Numbered from the stretch's first letter, positions 15,516 to 25,901 are shown. The stretch: DNA of 35,920 nucleotides from a virus (IMGVR_UViG_3300038379_000092:1-35920); one strand, 5' to 3'. Made by a program: numbers and translations. The notes: generated from the sequence alone by a model not told the origin.

Positions 15516-16418
15516 TTATTTCACCCTTTTCAACTTGAAGCCCTTCGCTTCCATCTCCTTGACGAAGGCGTCACCTTCCGGCGACCCGGCGGATGCGGGG
15601 GCGCCTTCGGCGGGGAGCAACGGCCACGGGTCCACTTGCAAGTCCCGGCCAAGGTCTTTGGACTTCTTTTCGATCAAGGAATTGAACGTGTTGGCGGCGC
15701 GATTCCACTTTTCCACGAACGTCTGATCGGAGTCGCTGGTTTGAGGTAACTGAGCCTTCACCCGCGTCCATTCCTGGCCCGAGACGGCGGTGCCAGAGAA
15801 GCGTTTCACGTCAATGTTGTTCAACGCGGCGACAGCCGACCGGAATTTGGACACGCCCTGCGGGTTGGTGCCCGTAATTTGTCCGATCCGCTGGACGGCG
15901 CTCTGGATGGGGCCAGTTTCGCCGGTGGAGTAGGATTCGGCAGCCTGCTTTGCGTTCGCCCCCACCTCGCGGAGGGCATCGAGGTCGGCGCTGATCTTCG
16001 CCTCCACGCCGAGCTTCCGGCGCTTCTCCTCCTGCCGCCGCTGGCCCTGGGTCGTTCGGAACTGGCGCTTCTGCTCTTCCGCCCGTAGGTCGGCCCGCTT
16101 CAACTGCTCGGCCTGATAGGGCGTGATCGGCCTCTCCGCCGGGGCGTTGGCCCGGTTTCGGATGTTGGAGATGGCTCCGAGGGTGTGTTCCAGGGGCAAA
16201 TCCTGTTCTGGCTCAAAAACGTCCTGCCCCAGGAGGGTGTTGGCTTGCTTGCCTTTCCACAATCCGGCGGCCTCGATGGCCTCTTTAAGCCTCTGCTTTC
16301 TGGCCTCAGAAGCGGCATTAAGCCCACTCTGAACCCCCTCTCCCGCCGCTCTCGCGGAAGAAGCGGGTCCGAGCTTCGTCAAAGTCTCCAAAAGGTCTCT
16401 GTCAATCGAACTAGGCAT
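15516..16418 (-). CDS. putative DNA ejection protein
   Basis: Helical; SGTAVSGQEW..VKAQLPQTSDS motif of the kind seen in P22-like ejection proteins. Confidence 0.65.
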   Translation of the reverse strand: MPSSIDRDLLETLTKLGPASSARAAGEGVQSGLNAASEARKQRLKEAIEAAGLWKGKQANTLLGQDVFEPEQDLPLEHTLGAISNIRNRANAPAERPITPYQAEQLKRADLRAEEQKRQFRTTQGQRRQEEKRRKLGVEAKISADLDALREVGANAKQAAESYSTGETGPIQSAVQRIGQITGTNPQGVSKFRSAVAALNNIDVKRFSGTAVSGQEWTRVKAQLPQTSDSDQTFVEKWNRAANTFNSLIEKKSKDLGRDLQVDPWPLLPAEGAPASAGSPEGDAFVKEMEAKGFKLKRVK

Positions 16419-16422
16419 GGTA

Positions 16423-17247
16423 TTAAGCCGCCTTTACGGGCGTACCGTATTTGTGCCCCAAATACTGGCCCAAAACGTTGCCGCCCCCTTGTAGAAGTGT
16501 GTTCAGCAAGTCTTGCTGCCTCGCCTTGTCGGCCAAGCCAGCCGTGTATTGGTCCCGCAAGGCGTCTCCCTGAAACCCGGTGATGGACTGGGTTCGGTTT
16601 CGCTCCTCCGCGATCAGTTCATTTACCTCGTTGATTAAGTCCTCGCGTCCGCTCGCTAGAACCCGTTCCATCGTGTCGGCATCAATCCCGGTGGCGCGTT
16701 CGGCGGCGCTTGCGTTGGTCTGGAAAGCGGTCTTGATGGCATCCTGCTTGGCTTGGAGGCTTCGCTGGGTAACGCCCCGCTCAAGTTCCCCGACTTCACG
16801 GCCAAGGGTCTGGTTAATCCGGCCCTGCCCGGCCAAAAGCGCCCCGCCCCGGTTCAGACCGGAAGCCGCCAGGGTTTCCCTGAGACTTTGGTTCAGTTCC
16901 GGCTGCGCCGAGAGGATTCTACTCCTTCCCGCCGCGCTTTCCGCTTGAGCAAGCTCTCCGCTAGCGTCTCCGATGTCGGAAACAAAATTCCGTCCCTGAC
17001 CAGCAATAGTATCTACGAAATGGTTCGTCAATCCTCTTCGGTCTTGGGAGAAGCGGTCGGTCATGGAGGCGAGTTTGGGGCGAAGCCCGGTGATAAGACC
17101 GCGTTGCCGCCCGCCGGACTGATTGATGGTGTTGATGAGGCCCGAGTAGTCGGGGGCCGCAGGACGTTTTTTTCGTCCGAGGGCACCCCCGAGAGCTTGA
17201 GCACCGAGTTGAACCCCGGCGGCAATAACAGGAGCGGGAATAGGCAT
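16423..17247 (-). CDS. putative DNA ejection/pilot protein
   Basis: MPIPAPVIAAGVQLGAQALGGALG amphipathic N-terminus, Gln/Ala-rich body. RBS aagga before ATG 17247. Confidence 0.7.
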   Translation of the reverse strand: MPIPAPVIAAGVQLGAQALGGALGRKKRPAAPDYSGLINTINQSGGRQRGLITGLRPKLASMTDRFSQDRRGLTNHFVDTIAGQGRNFVSDIGDASGELAQAESAAGRSRILSAQPELNQSLRETLAASGLNRGGALLAGQGRINQTLGREVGELERGVTQRSLQAKQDAIKTAFQTNASAAERATGIDADTMERVLASGREDLINEVNELIAEERNRTQSITGFQGDALRDQYTAGLADKARQQDLLNTLLQGGGNVLGQYLGHKYGTPVKAA

Positions 17248-17258
17248 GTGATTGTCCT

Positions 17259-17513
17259 TTACGCAGTGGCCGTAATGTAATGCCAACCGGTTTGCGTTTT
17301 GAAATACAGCCGGATTAAACCCGCCCCGTTGTCCACAGCCCACATATCGCCAGGTTTTCCGTCGTTAGGGTCGGGAGCGGTCGTGTGAACGGTGTGGTCA
17401 TGGGCGGATTCAAAGAGGTCCAAGAGGTTTTGTTGGAGCGTCGCAGTAAAGTCCTTGAGGTCTTTATCATACTGCGTAGGCGACGCCATTGGTCGCTGTT
17501 GCACTTTAGCCAT
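17259..17513 (-). CDS. small virion-associated protein
   Basis: TTAPDPNDGKPGDMW...RLYFKTQTGW. Overlaps the tail gene stop. Confidence 0.7.
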   Translation of the reverse strand: MAKVQQRPMASPTQYDKDLKDFTATLQQNLLDLFESAHDHTVHTTAPDPNDGKPGDMWAVDNGAGLIRLYFKTQTGWHYITATA

Positions 17514-20500
17514 TGAGGATTTCCCCCTGCCGAATGTAGGCGTCTATGTGAACCTCGTGAATCTCAGCTTCGGCGCTTGTCGCTTCGGTGATCCGCACCA
17601 ATTGGGTTTTGCCGGACAGTTGGTTCGGCCAGAGGGGGGCAAGTCGCTTGGTCGTGATCCCTACGCCGTCGTTCGGGACCGTGAAAGTCGTGTTGCCCCC
17701 GGAATCAACCAGCGGGAGGAATGTCACGCCGTTGTCCACGGAGTATTCGACTGTATAGGTCGCGCCCGTGTTGCCGAGCACTACGTAAACCGCGCGGAGG
17801 GCTTTGAGCCGGGTAATGTCGTCGAAGTCAAAGGCTTTCAGCCTTACGTCCATGCTGATTGGTATCCCGTGGTCAGTCGTGCCAGAAAGGAACTTCCGAA
17901 CCTGGGCCACGTCGGCCGCACCGTAGTAGGCGTCCGAGAAGAAGAACGACAAGGTGCCGACGGACATATCACGGAAGATGCGCCAATGGCCCGACTGGTC
18001 GAGTTTCAGCAGGAGGTTATTTGTCGTGCTACCATATTCCGCCAACGACACGTAGTAGGACTTGTTGAGGAAGATGGAAGCCGCACGAATGGACGACACC
18101 TGGGAGATGAACCAGTTGAGCGTCACGCTGTCAATGATCGGCACGTTGTCCGCAGTGGCAGTCATCGTAGTCGTCCATTGGGCGAACTTAGCCACCGTTA
18201 CGCCGGTGGGGAAGACTCCGTTTGTGACGGCGGTGAACGCGGGCACGTAAGGGCCAGCGGGGAGGTCGTCGGTCAGGTTGGCGGAAACAGCGTCTGCCCG
18301 CATACCGAAGGTCACGCCCGCGCCAGAGGCCGTAACGCTGGCCTGGAACACGTCCCAACCGGCGGGGGTGTTGCCCGTATCCACCACGGGGCTGTAAAAC
18401 CGCGCCGTAATGGTCCACTTCAATTCGGCGGAGCTAACCGCCGCACTTGCGGTCGGATCAAGGCTGTTGCCAAAAACCAACTTGATCCGGCTATAACGCA
18501 ACGTCTGGTTCCCCATTCCGGTTAAGGAGATTGTGTTGGCCCCCGCCACAAGAGCTTGCGTAATTTCGTCCACAAAGCCACTCCCCGAGGCGGCGGACTT
18601 CTGAACGTAGGCCGTCACGGACGTATTGGCGGGGAGGGCCGAGACGTTGATTTCCAGGCTGTTCATAGCTGATGTGTCGGTCGTTCCGTCAATGGTCGCA
18701 CTGACCCATGTGGCAGTATCGGGGAACTCCAAATACGGCACGGAAATAATCTTTGCTTGGTTTCGGTCATCTGCTAGAGTCCCGGCCATACGAATCCTCC
18801 ACCACTTTTTAGTGGCGGCAAAGGTATGGGGGGCGCTCAGGCCGTTCAACAGCGAGAACGGAGCGCTGGTCACTACGCCAGTAGTAAACGCCTGATCGTC
18901 GGCCTGCTCAATAAATGTATTCAGCGCCACGCCAACTGGCAGGCTAGAGAGATGATTCACGCGCACGTCAATGCTGGTAGCGCCCGTAAACAAAAACGTC
19001 TCTATAGCTTCACTGGTCCAGCCAAGCACAAGCGGCACGGCGGTCTGCGTGAAGCCAATAGCCGCGCCCATAATACCCCCGACTGAAACTGGCCAGGAGG
19101 AACCATCAAACGAACCGCGAAAACCAAATGCGGCGGACTGTCCGCCCGCCACAGTCGAAGCGAACGCTAAAGTCTGAAAGTAAGTTCCCACAGGCGGATC
19201 AACGGAAAATCCAATCCAGTAGTTGCCAGCGGCCAACACAAAAGGCCCCGACATGGCAAGGTCTTGGAAAGTCCCATTAAACGTCATGGAGACAGTAGCG
19301 GACGTGAACAGCAAACTACCCGGTTGACTACCTGCGTCCGACCAAACATGCGCCCGCACGGGCAACACGTTGGGTCCAATGATGTTCACGCCGCGCACAC
19401 GGAAGTTGAAAGTGTTGATGGTGCCGGCGCGGGGAATCACAATGCGAGTGGCCAGATAGTTACCAAGACTGGAACTTCCGCTTCCGTCGTTAAAGCCGGA
19501 ATTAAAGCCGGTATAATCAAACTGGAACGGCGTCGAGAGGAAAGGTTGGCCGAGAGATGGGCCAGGTGGAATTTGCCACGCACCGCTGGTAAAGCCAGAG
19601 AAGCCCGTGCCGAGTGCCAGCCCAAGGTCCGACCCAGGCCCAAGAGGGATCGTGAGAATAGGCGCAGATTCTCTGCTCTGCATGGCAATTTGGCCAAGCA
19701 AAGACGGATCACGGGTGACGATGTTCGCCAGCGCGGAACCGGCCTCCCACTCAGCCTGTTCGTCCACGCGGCTCTTGGGGTTGGGGGTGGTGATAGCGCC
19801 GGGGTTTGAGGTAAGGTCAATACCGCCAGTATATGTCCCGGCCTGGAACACGGCCTGGCTGCTGTGGGCGACAGACCCCTTGACCTGACTGGCCTGCTGG
19901 ATGTTAAAGTTGACGAGGTTTTCGATGTCGTCGCTGATGTATTCGACCGTCGAACCGTTGAAAAGGTAGAAGCCCCGGTCGCTCAACCAAACGAGGACGG
20001 GGACGCCGTGCAAGACTCGAACCTGGATGGTCCGATTGTCCACGCACCCGATATTGCCCGGCATTTCCGAATATCGGAACGAGCTAGGGTCAGTGCCGAG
20101 GATTTGGCCGAAGGAGTTGCGGTTGAACACCACCACGCGGTCGTTGAAAACGACAAGGCCGGTGATAGGGTCGCGGGGGTTGCAGAGGATGGTGTTGGTG
20201 GTCGGGAAGATGTCCGGCTGCCCGGCCGCCGAATAGTCTAGGTCGGATTTATCGCCGGGAATACCGGCAACCCAATTGCGGTCTTTCGACTGTACAATCA
20301 GGGTGAAGTTGCGTGGTCCGCCGTTGTCCACCGGCATATCCGTAGTGGCCGATGCTGAGTTGTCCGTGCCGGTCGTAGTGGTGTTGTCGTTGATCGTTTG
20401 AACTAGCCGGTAGCTCACCCCGCCGTCGCTACTACGATAGATTTTACGCGCCGTCACGCCGTAGCCGCCCACAGGGATGCTCAACAAGCTAATCTGGCTG

Positions 20501-21105
20501 GCCACACCGGGGATGACCGCGCCAGACGCAGGTCCGCCGTTGCTCTCTTCGAAATCGTAGTAGAGAAACGTAACCTTGTAGATATAGGTTCCCGGAGCGA
20601 CGTTGCCGGTTGCCGCAACCGCCGGAATGATGGCGCTCGTTGGTGCTTGTGCCCCCATTTCCTTCGTTTTCGGTGCAGTGTAGGTCACGCCCCCGTAGCT
20701 GGTAGTGCGGTCATAGACTTGGGGGTTATCAATCCCGTTTCCAAAATACACTCGGTCAAGGTAAGACGCGAACTCAAAATTTCCGAACGTAGAATAGCCC
20801 GCAGTGACGGAAGTGAAAGTCCCACCGCCAGAACTGTACTCAAGATTGCCCTCGCGCAAGCGAAGGAGATGCCTAACCCCGTCCACAAACACGGCCTCAT
20901 AGAGGTCTTTAATGGACCCCGCCGCAGGCGTAGCTTCGTAGTTCGCGTCTCCGAGACGCTTGGTGATAACGCCCTGCACGTCCGTGTCGAAGTTCACGCT
21001 ACCAACAGTGAAGTCGTCTGGACCCACTTCTGGCGCGTTCGGAGGATACTTTGTAATTGTGGTTCCCCACCGTTCCTGGGGCAACCGGAATCGGGATCGT
21101 TGCAT
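17506..21105 (-). CDS. tail nozzle/stabilization protein (P22 gp10-like) with large inserted beta-sandwich domains
   Basis: Propeller-like motifs (ITKRLG, YFGNG, DPITGL, NIGCVD, WLSDRGFYLFNG...ISDDIE) and a C-terminal FDFDDITRLK domain. 1199 aa. Confidence 0.75.
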   Translation of the reverse strand: MQRSRFRLPQERWGTTITKYPPNAPEVGPDDFTVGSVNFDTDVQGVITKRLGDANYEATPAAGSIKDLYEAVFVDGVRHLLRLREGNLEYSSGGGTFTSVTAGYSTFGNFEFASYLDRVYFGNGIDNPQVYDRTTSYGGVTYTAPKTKEMGAQAPTSAIIPAVAATGNVAPGTYIYKVTFLYYDFEESNGGPASGAVIPGVASQISLLSIPVGGYGVTARKIYRSSDGGVSYRLVQTINDNTTTTGTDNSASATTDMPVDNGGPRNFTLIVQSKDRNWVAGIPGDKSDLDYSAAGQPDIFPTTNTILCNPRDPITGLVVFNDRVVVFNRNSFGQILGTDPSSFRYSEMPGNIGCVDNRTIQVRVLHGVPVLVWLSDRGFYLFNGSTVEYISDDIENLVNFNIQQASQVKGSVAHSSQAVFQAGTYTGGIDLTSNPGAITTPNPKSRVDEQAEWEAGSALANIVTRDPSLLGQIAMQSRESAPILTIPLGPGSDLGLALGTGFSGFTSGAWQIPPGPSLGQPFLSTPFQFDYTGFNSGFNDGSGSSSLGNYLATRIVIPRAGTINTFNFRVRGVNIIGPNVLPVRAHVWSDAGSQPGSLLFTSATVSMTFNGTFQDLAMSGPFVLAAGNYWIGFSVDPPVGTYFQTLAFASTVAGGQSAAFGFRGSFDGSSWPVSVGGIMGAAIGFTQTAVPLVLGWTSEAIETFLFTGATSIDVRVNHLSSLPVGVALNTFIEQADDQAFTTGVVTSAPFSLLNGLSAPHTFAATKKWWRIRMAGTLADDRNQAKIISVPYLEFPDTATWVSATIDGTTDTSAMNSLEINVSALPANTSVTAYVQKSAASGSGFVDEITQALVAGANTISLTGMGNQTLRYSRIKLVFGNSLDPTASAAVSSAELKWTITARFYSPVVDTGNTPAGWDVFQASVTASGAGVTFGMRADAVSANLTDDLPAGPYVPAFTAVTNGVFPTGVTVAKFAQWTTTMTATADNVPIIDSVTLNWFISQVSSIRAASIFLNKSYYVSLAEYGSTTNNLLLKLDQSGHWRIFRDMSVGTLSFFFSDAYYGAADVAQVRKFLSGTTDHGIPISMDVRLKAFDFDDITRLKALRAVYVVLGNTGATYTVEYSVDNGVTFLPLVDSGGNTTFTVPNDGVGITTKRLAPLWPNQLSGKTQLVRITEATSAEAEIHEVHIDAYIRQGEILNG

Positions 21106-21434
21106 TAGAGGCCGACCTCAGTGAATTTACAATGGTTTCGGCCCCGACGAATTGTCAGCCAGGCCCGCACCTTAACCGTCTCGCGCAGGCCTTTTTGGAG
21201 GTCAAGCACGGCCACGTCCGTCAGGAACACCGCTTCCAGCAGCATTTTCGTGGGGATCACTCCTAAAGTGTCGCCGAGCGTAAAGGCGTCTGCCAGGGCT
21301 TTGATAACGTCGAAGTTGCGCGTATCCACAAGACCGTCCACGCCGCCCACTGTCTCTGACAATAGAAGGCTGAGAGTAGTCCCGCTTGATTCTGCGCCCC
21401 AAACAGACGTGTTGAACGTGCCCCGATTCGGCAT
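21105..21434 (-). CDS. hypothetical virion protein
   Basis: TAATG coupling to the nozzle gene; beta-strand repeats. Confidence 0.65.
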   Translation of the reverse strand: MPNRGTFNTSVWGAESSGTTLSLLLSETVGGVDGLVDTRNFDVIKALADAFTLGDTLGVIPTKMLLEAVFLTDVAVLDLQKGLRETVKVRAWLTIRRGRNHCKFTEVGL

Positions 21435-21436
21435 GG

Positions 21437-21745
21437 TTAGTCTTCCAAGTCTTGGGCGGACAACACTAGCAGGATTTTGCTTTTAGCGGCAAGTTGCACG
21501 GGTAGAGCCTGCATTGCCTCCGCACGTTTATCTAGGACCAGTCGGAGTTTCGCTTTTGCCGCAGCCGCCAGGGCGGTCTTTGTGGGGTTTGTAAAGTCTC
21601 CGTTGGCCTTTAGCAGGAGCGGCACTTCTGTAGCCTCCACGACCACAGAGACAAGGCCGTGAACGTCATGTTCAGCGGATAGAATTACTCGCTCGGGAAC
21701 TCCTGCCGCGTCAAACTCAGGATCAATTTCGATGTTTGTGAGCAT
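21437..21745 (-). CDS. hypothetical protein (possible fibre chaperone)
   Basis: RBS gagga; directly follows the fibre gene. Confidence 0.65.
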   Translation of the reverse strand: MLTNIEIDPEFDAAGVPERVILSAEHDVHGLVSVVVEATEVPLLLKANGDFTNPTKTALAAAAKAKLRLVLDKRAEAMQALPVQLAAKSKILLVLSAQDLED

Positions 21746-21757
21746 GATTATCCTCGC

Positions 21758-23527
21758 TTAGTAGGTCGTAGCGTTGATGTGGCCGCTGAGAATGTGCCAG
21801 TTACTGCCGTTGGACTGGACAGTAATCGCGGAGTGTTGGAGAGTAAGGGCTTTCGTTGTTGCGCCATCAATGGTTTGGGAACTTGTAGTAGCGACCGTCA
21901 CCGCGTTTACGCTGGCGTCAATCTTTTTGATGGTGTAGAGGCGTCCTGTAATACCAACTGCCGTGGGCAATGTAATGCTAAAAGCCCCGCCTGTCGCGTC
22001 CCCCGTTATAACACTATCCGAGATGGTCGCACTGTATGCGCCGGTCTTTGCGACATAAGCCCGCGCAAACGAGCCATTGACAGTCAGGGAGGACGTTGGA
22101 GCCGTAAGGGACGCGCCAACCTGTAAACCAGTCGCGTTGAACCGAGACACACTACTGCCACCGGTCCAAACATCCAGAATGTCGGCGGTTGAAGGTCTAC
22201 CTAAGCCGGTATCGCTGTCGTCAAAGAACGCGTAGACAGGCCCGAGGTCAGGGGTGCCCGAGGTATGTGGTCTAACGAAAGCCACGCCAAACTCAGCCGC
22301 CCTTTGAGCCGTTGTAGACCCATCGTAAAAGTCCAACAGAGACGCGGAAGAGAACTGTGCATTAACCAGAACCATTTGGGCGGTTTGGGCGGCACCTGTT
22401 CGGTTGAACATGAGCAAGCCACTCGTGCCAGCCCGAAACACTTCCGTTGTTCCGGCACCAAGCCCGATGCTATTCGCACCGACCCGATAGAAACCTAGAT
22501 CGGGGTCCGCGTTGAAGCTCATGGCCGGGAGACTGGCCGTGCCGTCTGCGTGAAGGGTTTGCCCCGAAGCGTTTCCGCGTAGGACTTCCACCCCGCCAGC
22601 ACTAAGCGCCACTAAATTAGTCGTTGGGAAGAACACACCGGAGTTTGTAGCACTAGAATAGGACGGCACGGCCGCGCTGCCTGTTCCGGCGGTGAAGGTA
22701 GAAGCCTGAAAATTACCGTTGCTCCGTAGCACGGCAACATTGGCCCCGCCGCAAGCAAACTGAATCTCGTTCGATCCGATAGAGTAAAACCCGGTGTCTG
22801 GATCACCAATGAAAGAAATGCTAGGGGTAGAGTTTACGCCGTTTCCAAATCGGGCGACGGCTAATCCGCCTGTAGCCAGGACGCGAATCGCTTCCAACCC
22901 GCCAACAGACAACCCAAAAGCGTCCCCGCCTTGTCTATAAAGGCCGGTATTAAGGTCGCTAATAAAAGTGAGGCCGGGAACCGCGAGGCTTCCATCGTTC
23001 AGCGCAAACTGATTGCCCGCCACAACCCGCGCGGACTCTTGCCCCCCGGCGACCAGAGACATTTGGTCTGACCCAAACCGCACAATGCCGGTATTGTCGT
23101 CGGTCTGGAAGGAGTAAGTGGGGTTTGTCAGCCCGCCAATACCGCTATCCGCGAGAATCTGCTTATTCGCGGCGTTAAATCCGAGACGATCCTCCATGTC
23201 CGTTTCAATGGCGATCAACTCGTTCTTGAGCTTGTTGTGGTGGTCGGCCACCCAATACATGAACACGGGCGTGGCACCGGCATGAGCAGCCGCAGAAGTG
23301 CCGTCCGCTCCACGGGTGCATCCCGTAAGCTGGTTCCCGCTCTTGGCGGCGTATTTGATGATTTCCTGCTCAACACTGACGTAGCCGCCCGTCGCCGGAA
23401 AATCCGTAGCGTCGGCAAGCGTAACGGTAGTGTCCCCGCTGGTAATGCTGCCGCTCAGGAAGTCTTGGAGGTTGTTGACGACAACGTAAAGGTCGGCGTC
23501 AGTTGCAACGCTAGTAGGCCAGGCCAT
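21758..23527 (-). CDS. tail fibre/spike protein
   Basis: About six P(T/S/G)x(S/T)FxxDx(N/D)TGxY-type repeats. N-terminal LTGCTRGADGT. C-terminal ITLPTAVG...YTIKKID...TIDG. Confidence 0.85.
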   Translation of the reverse strand: MAWPTSVATDADLYVVVNNLQDFLSGSITSGDTTVTLADATDFPATGGYVSVEQEIIKYAAKSGNQLTGCTRGADGTSAAAHAGATPVFMYWVADHHNKLKNELIAIETDMEDRLGFNAANKQILADSGIGGLTNPTYSFQTDDNTGIVRFGSDQMSLVAGGQESARVVAGNQFALNDGSLAVPGLTFISDLNTGLYRQGGDAFGLSVGGLEAIRVLATGGLAVARFGNGVNSTPSISFIGDPDTGFYSIGSNEIQFACGGANVAVLRSNGNFQASTFTAGTGSAAVPSYSSATNSGVFFPTTNLVALSAGGVEVLRGNASGQTLHADGTASLPAMSFNADPDLGFYRVGANSIGLGAGTTEVFRAGTSGLLMFNRTGAAQTAQMVLVNAQFSSASLLDFYDGSTTAQRAAEFGVAFVRPHTSGTPDLGPVYAFFDDSDTGLGRPSTADILDVWTGGSSVSRFNATGLQVGASLTAPTSSLTVNGSFARAYVAKTGAYSATISDSVITGDATGGAFSITLPTAVGITGRLYTIKKIDASVNAVTVATTSSQTIDGATTKALTLQHSAITVQSNGSNWHILSGHINATTY

Positions 23528-23541
23528 AGGTTAGCTCCTGC

Positions 23542-23985
23542 TTACGAAAATGTTATTTGCCATGTCACCAAGAGAACGTCGCCCGCGCCCTTGTTGACCG
23601 CTCCGAACGTCTGGCGCGCTAGCATCGTGCCGCCAGAACTGGCCGAAAACAAACCAGCCTCGGTGATAGCGCCCGTGCCTTCACCGGCGTTGAACGGTGC
23701 GCTATTTTGCCATACGTTCGTTGAGGAAGACAACCCACCGCTCTTGCGGGCAATCTCGGTTTGAAGCGCGGTGTCACCCGCGACTGCGCCGGTAGTGCCG
23801 GTTCCAATAGCGACGTAATTCATAAACGGAAGCGCCTGAGAAGACGCAACAAGCCAAGCGGCCAGGAAATTCTTGCCAACCGTGACAACGACGTTAGGCC
23901 CGAGCCGTTCCTCCTTGAGCCTACCTTCCTTGTCAAAAAGCTGAATGTGGACCTTGCCGGTCGCTTTAACTGTCTCGTTTTCCAT
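23542..23985 (-). CDS. virion structural protein
   Basis: NVVVTVGK...YVAIGTG...ITEAGLF...MLAR...VTWQITFS, a widespread phage structural pattern. Confidence 0.8.
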   Translation of the reverse strand: MENETVKATGKVHIQLFDKEGRLKEERLGPNVVVTVGKNFLAAWLVASSQALPFMNYVAIGTGTTGAVAGDTALQTEIARKSGGLSSSTNVWQNSAPFNAGEGTGAITEAGLFSASSGGTMLARQTFGAVNKGAGDVLLVTWQITFS

Positions 23986-23996
23986 TATAGTTCTCC

Positions 23997-24641
23997 TTAC
24001 AGCGGGTAGTACGACTGGACACCGCTATACGGGATAGCGGAAGCCACATCAATTTGATGGCGCTTACTCAGGGCTTGCAGTTTAACCCACCGCAGGCCGT
24101 CCCTCACGAAATTATCATACAACGCTTTCTGTTCCGCAGCCAAAGCAAGTTCCTTCTCTTTGGACCACGCCTTCCACAGCACAAACGCTCGGATTGCTCC
24201 CGCTAGCGTGTCGTCAATGTTGATGGACGAGTTCACGTCAGGCACAGGCACGGCTTTCGACTTGAAAAACATTCTCACGTTACCATCCCCGTTAGTATCG
24301 GGTGTGGGGTCTAGGATCAGGGTGCGGTCCCAAATGGCGAACGTGCAAGGCTTTCCGAGGTGTTCGGTTGCTGTACTGAGGAAGTTAGGGCGCTCTCGGC
24401 TCATCCGTTGGAGGTCGGTAGGTTCAAGAGGGTACCAGTGGTCAACCCCGTTCTGGCGGTCGTTGTAGAGGATCAGCACGGCGCTCAGCCAGTTGGCCGG
24501 AAGTTCGTAGGTCGCTTGTCCCGCCACGGTAGAAACCTGGGCGGGATTGATCCACGTCAACAGTTCGGTGGACGAGAAGAATCCCGCCACTGGCTCAAGT
24601 AGTTCCGTCCGAATGTCTGTAATGAGTTCAGAAGCAAGCAT
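23997..24641 (-). CDS. head-tail adaptor protein
   Basis: ELITDIR..L.EP...ELLTWIN, TVAGQATYELP, LILDPTPD. Confidence 0.75.
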   Translation of the reverse strand: MLASELITDIRTELLEPVAGFFSSTELLTWINPAQVSTVAGQATYELPANWLSAVLILYNDRQNGVDHWYPLEPTDLQRMSRERPNFLSTATEHLGKPCTFAIWDRTLILDPTPDTNGDGNVRMFFKSKAVPVPDVNSSINIDDTLAGAIRAFVLWKAWSKEKELALAAEQKALYDNFVRDGLRWVKLQALSKRHQIDVASAIPYSGVQSYYPL

Positions 24642-24666
24642 TATTTTGGTGCCCTTTTAGCTAGTC

Positions 24667-25320
24667 TTAGAAACTCGTTACTTCCGACCAAACAACACTA
24701 ATACCAAACTGCCAAGTCCCCGTACCCGGTACCGTCGCCCGACAGACGATGCCCTCGTTTTGCGCGAGAATAATTGGATGCATATTACCATCCATATGGT
24801 TTAAAAGGGGCACCTTCGACAAATAAATTGTGTTCGCGACGGTTCCGACCGAGAACGACATAAGACCGATCGGTTGCGTATCATTCGTTTTGGTTCCGGC
24901 GGTTAGAGCCGCCGTCGAGGAACCTCGGATCGCTCCGGCAAGAGTCGTCCCCATGCTCGTACGGAGCTTCTGATTGTTTCCGGTAAGCGTCATGGCTGTT
25001 CCGCCGCTACCATCTGCGGTCCAACTACGGGAGAAAAGAAGGTCCACCTTCCCAAACCCCGCCGCGAACGCAGTTGCGCTTCCGGCTAAACCATCAATCG
25101 TCACCGAATGAATCAGGGCGAGACGCGTAGAATCGGTCCAACGAAACTGAAAAATCTCGGCGTTAGCGGCGAGACCCGCCGCCATTGTCCCGCTTAAATG
25201 ACTCGCTCGGTAATGCCCGAGGGCACCATAGTCTTGTGGTCGAAGAACGGTCCGCAAAGCGCGAGAGTTGGCTTCGATTTCACCGGTAATTCCGGCGTTA
25301 CCTTGCAACTGAATAGCCAT
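24667..25320 (-). CDS. putative virion structural protein
   Basis: Gly/Thr/Ala-rich beta protein ending PIILAQNEGI...VVWSEV. RBS aaggag. Confidence 0.7.
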   Translation of the reverse strand: MAIQLQGNAGITGEIEANSRALRTVLRPQDYGALGHYRASHLSGTMAAGLAANAEIFQFRWTDSTRLALIHSVTIDGLAGSATAFAAGFGKVDLLFSRSWTADGSGGTAMTLTGNNQKLRTSMGTTLAGAIRGSSTAALTAGTKTNDTQPIGLMSFSVGTVANTIYLSKVPLLNHMDGNMHPIILAQNEGIVCRATVPGTGTWQFGISVVWSEVTSF

Positions 25321-25331
25321 ATATTAGCTCC

Positions 25332-25901
25332 TTAAAACCAAAACCATCTGACGCTGTAACGTCCGTATAGCATCGGGGCGCTGTCGTTAGTGCCGCCGGG
25401 GTTCGGCAACTGTAAACCAGTTATCGTCGCGGCGACTTGTGCTTTTCCCGAGGTATCGCCCCTTATTTGGCGTCCAAGAAACGGGTCTTGCCGCTGTTGC
25501 TGCTGCTGCTCACGAACCTTCCCGTAAAGAGTAAAACCCGTGCCCGCGATGATATTTCCGGCCAAAACGATAGGGCCGTCCACAAGATGTTCGTCGGCAG
25601 TATGGTCCGCCGTTGCGACGGGGATTAATACCGCCCAGACCGCCGACCCTGCGACAATACTAGCCTGCCCCGTCACCGCCAAACTCGCGTCTGTTGCCCC
25701 AGGAAACGCGCCGAAATCTAGTTCCGCCGTGCCCGTGTTGACCGAGCCACCCCCACCGCCCCCACCAGGAATGTTGATCGTCCCCACTGATCCCGCAACG
25801 GACGCGGTTGCGCCCGCGCCTGTAACATTGAGCACCCTAACGCGCCCTTGGCTTGTGCCCTCGTCTTGAAGCTCAATATTTAATGCGGGCTGAATTGGCA
25901 T
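25332..25901 (-). CDS. putative virion structural protein
   Basis: QDEG...LNVTGAG module, poly-Gly linker. TAATG coupling at 25901. Confidence 0.7.
   Translation of the reverse strand: MPIQPALNIELQDEGTSQGRVRVLNVTGAGATASVAGSVGTINIPGGGGGGGSVNTGTAELDFGAFPGATDASLAVTGQASIVAGSAVWAVLIPVATADHTADEHLVDGPIVLAGNIIAGTGFTLYGKVREQQQQQRQDPFLGRQIRGDTSGKAQVAATITGLQLPNPGGTNDSAPMLYGRYSVRWFWF

Noticed and set aside
25492-25510. (CTG)n run giving poly-Gln
   Set aside because: Short in-frame low-complexity linker; no evidence for phase variation.
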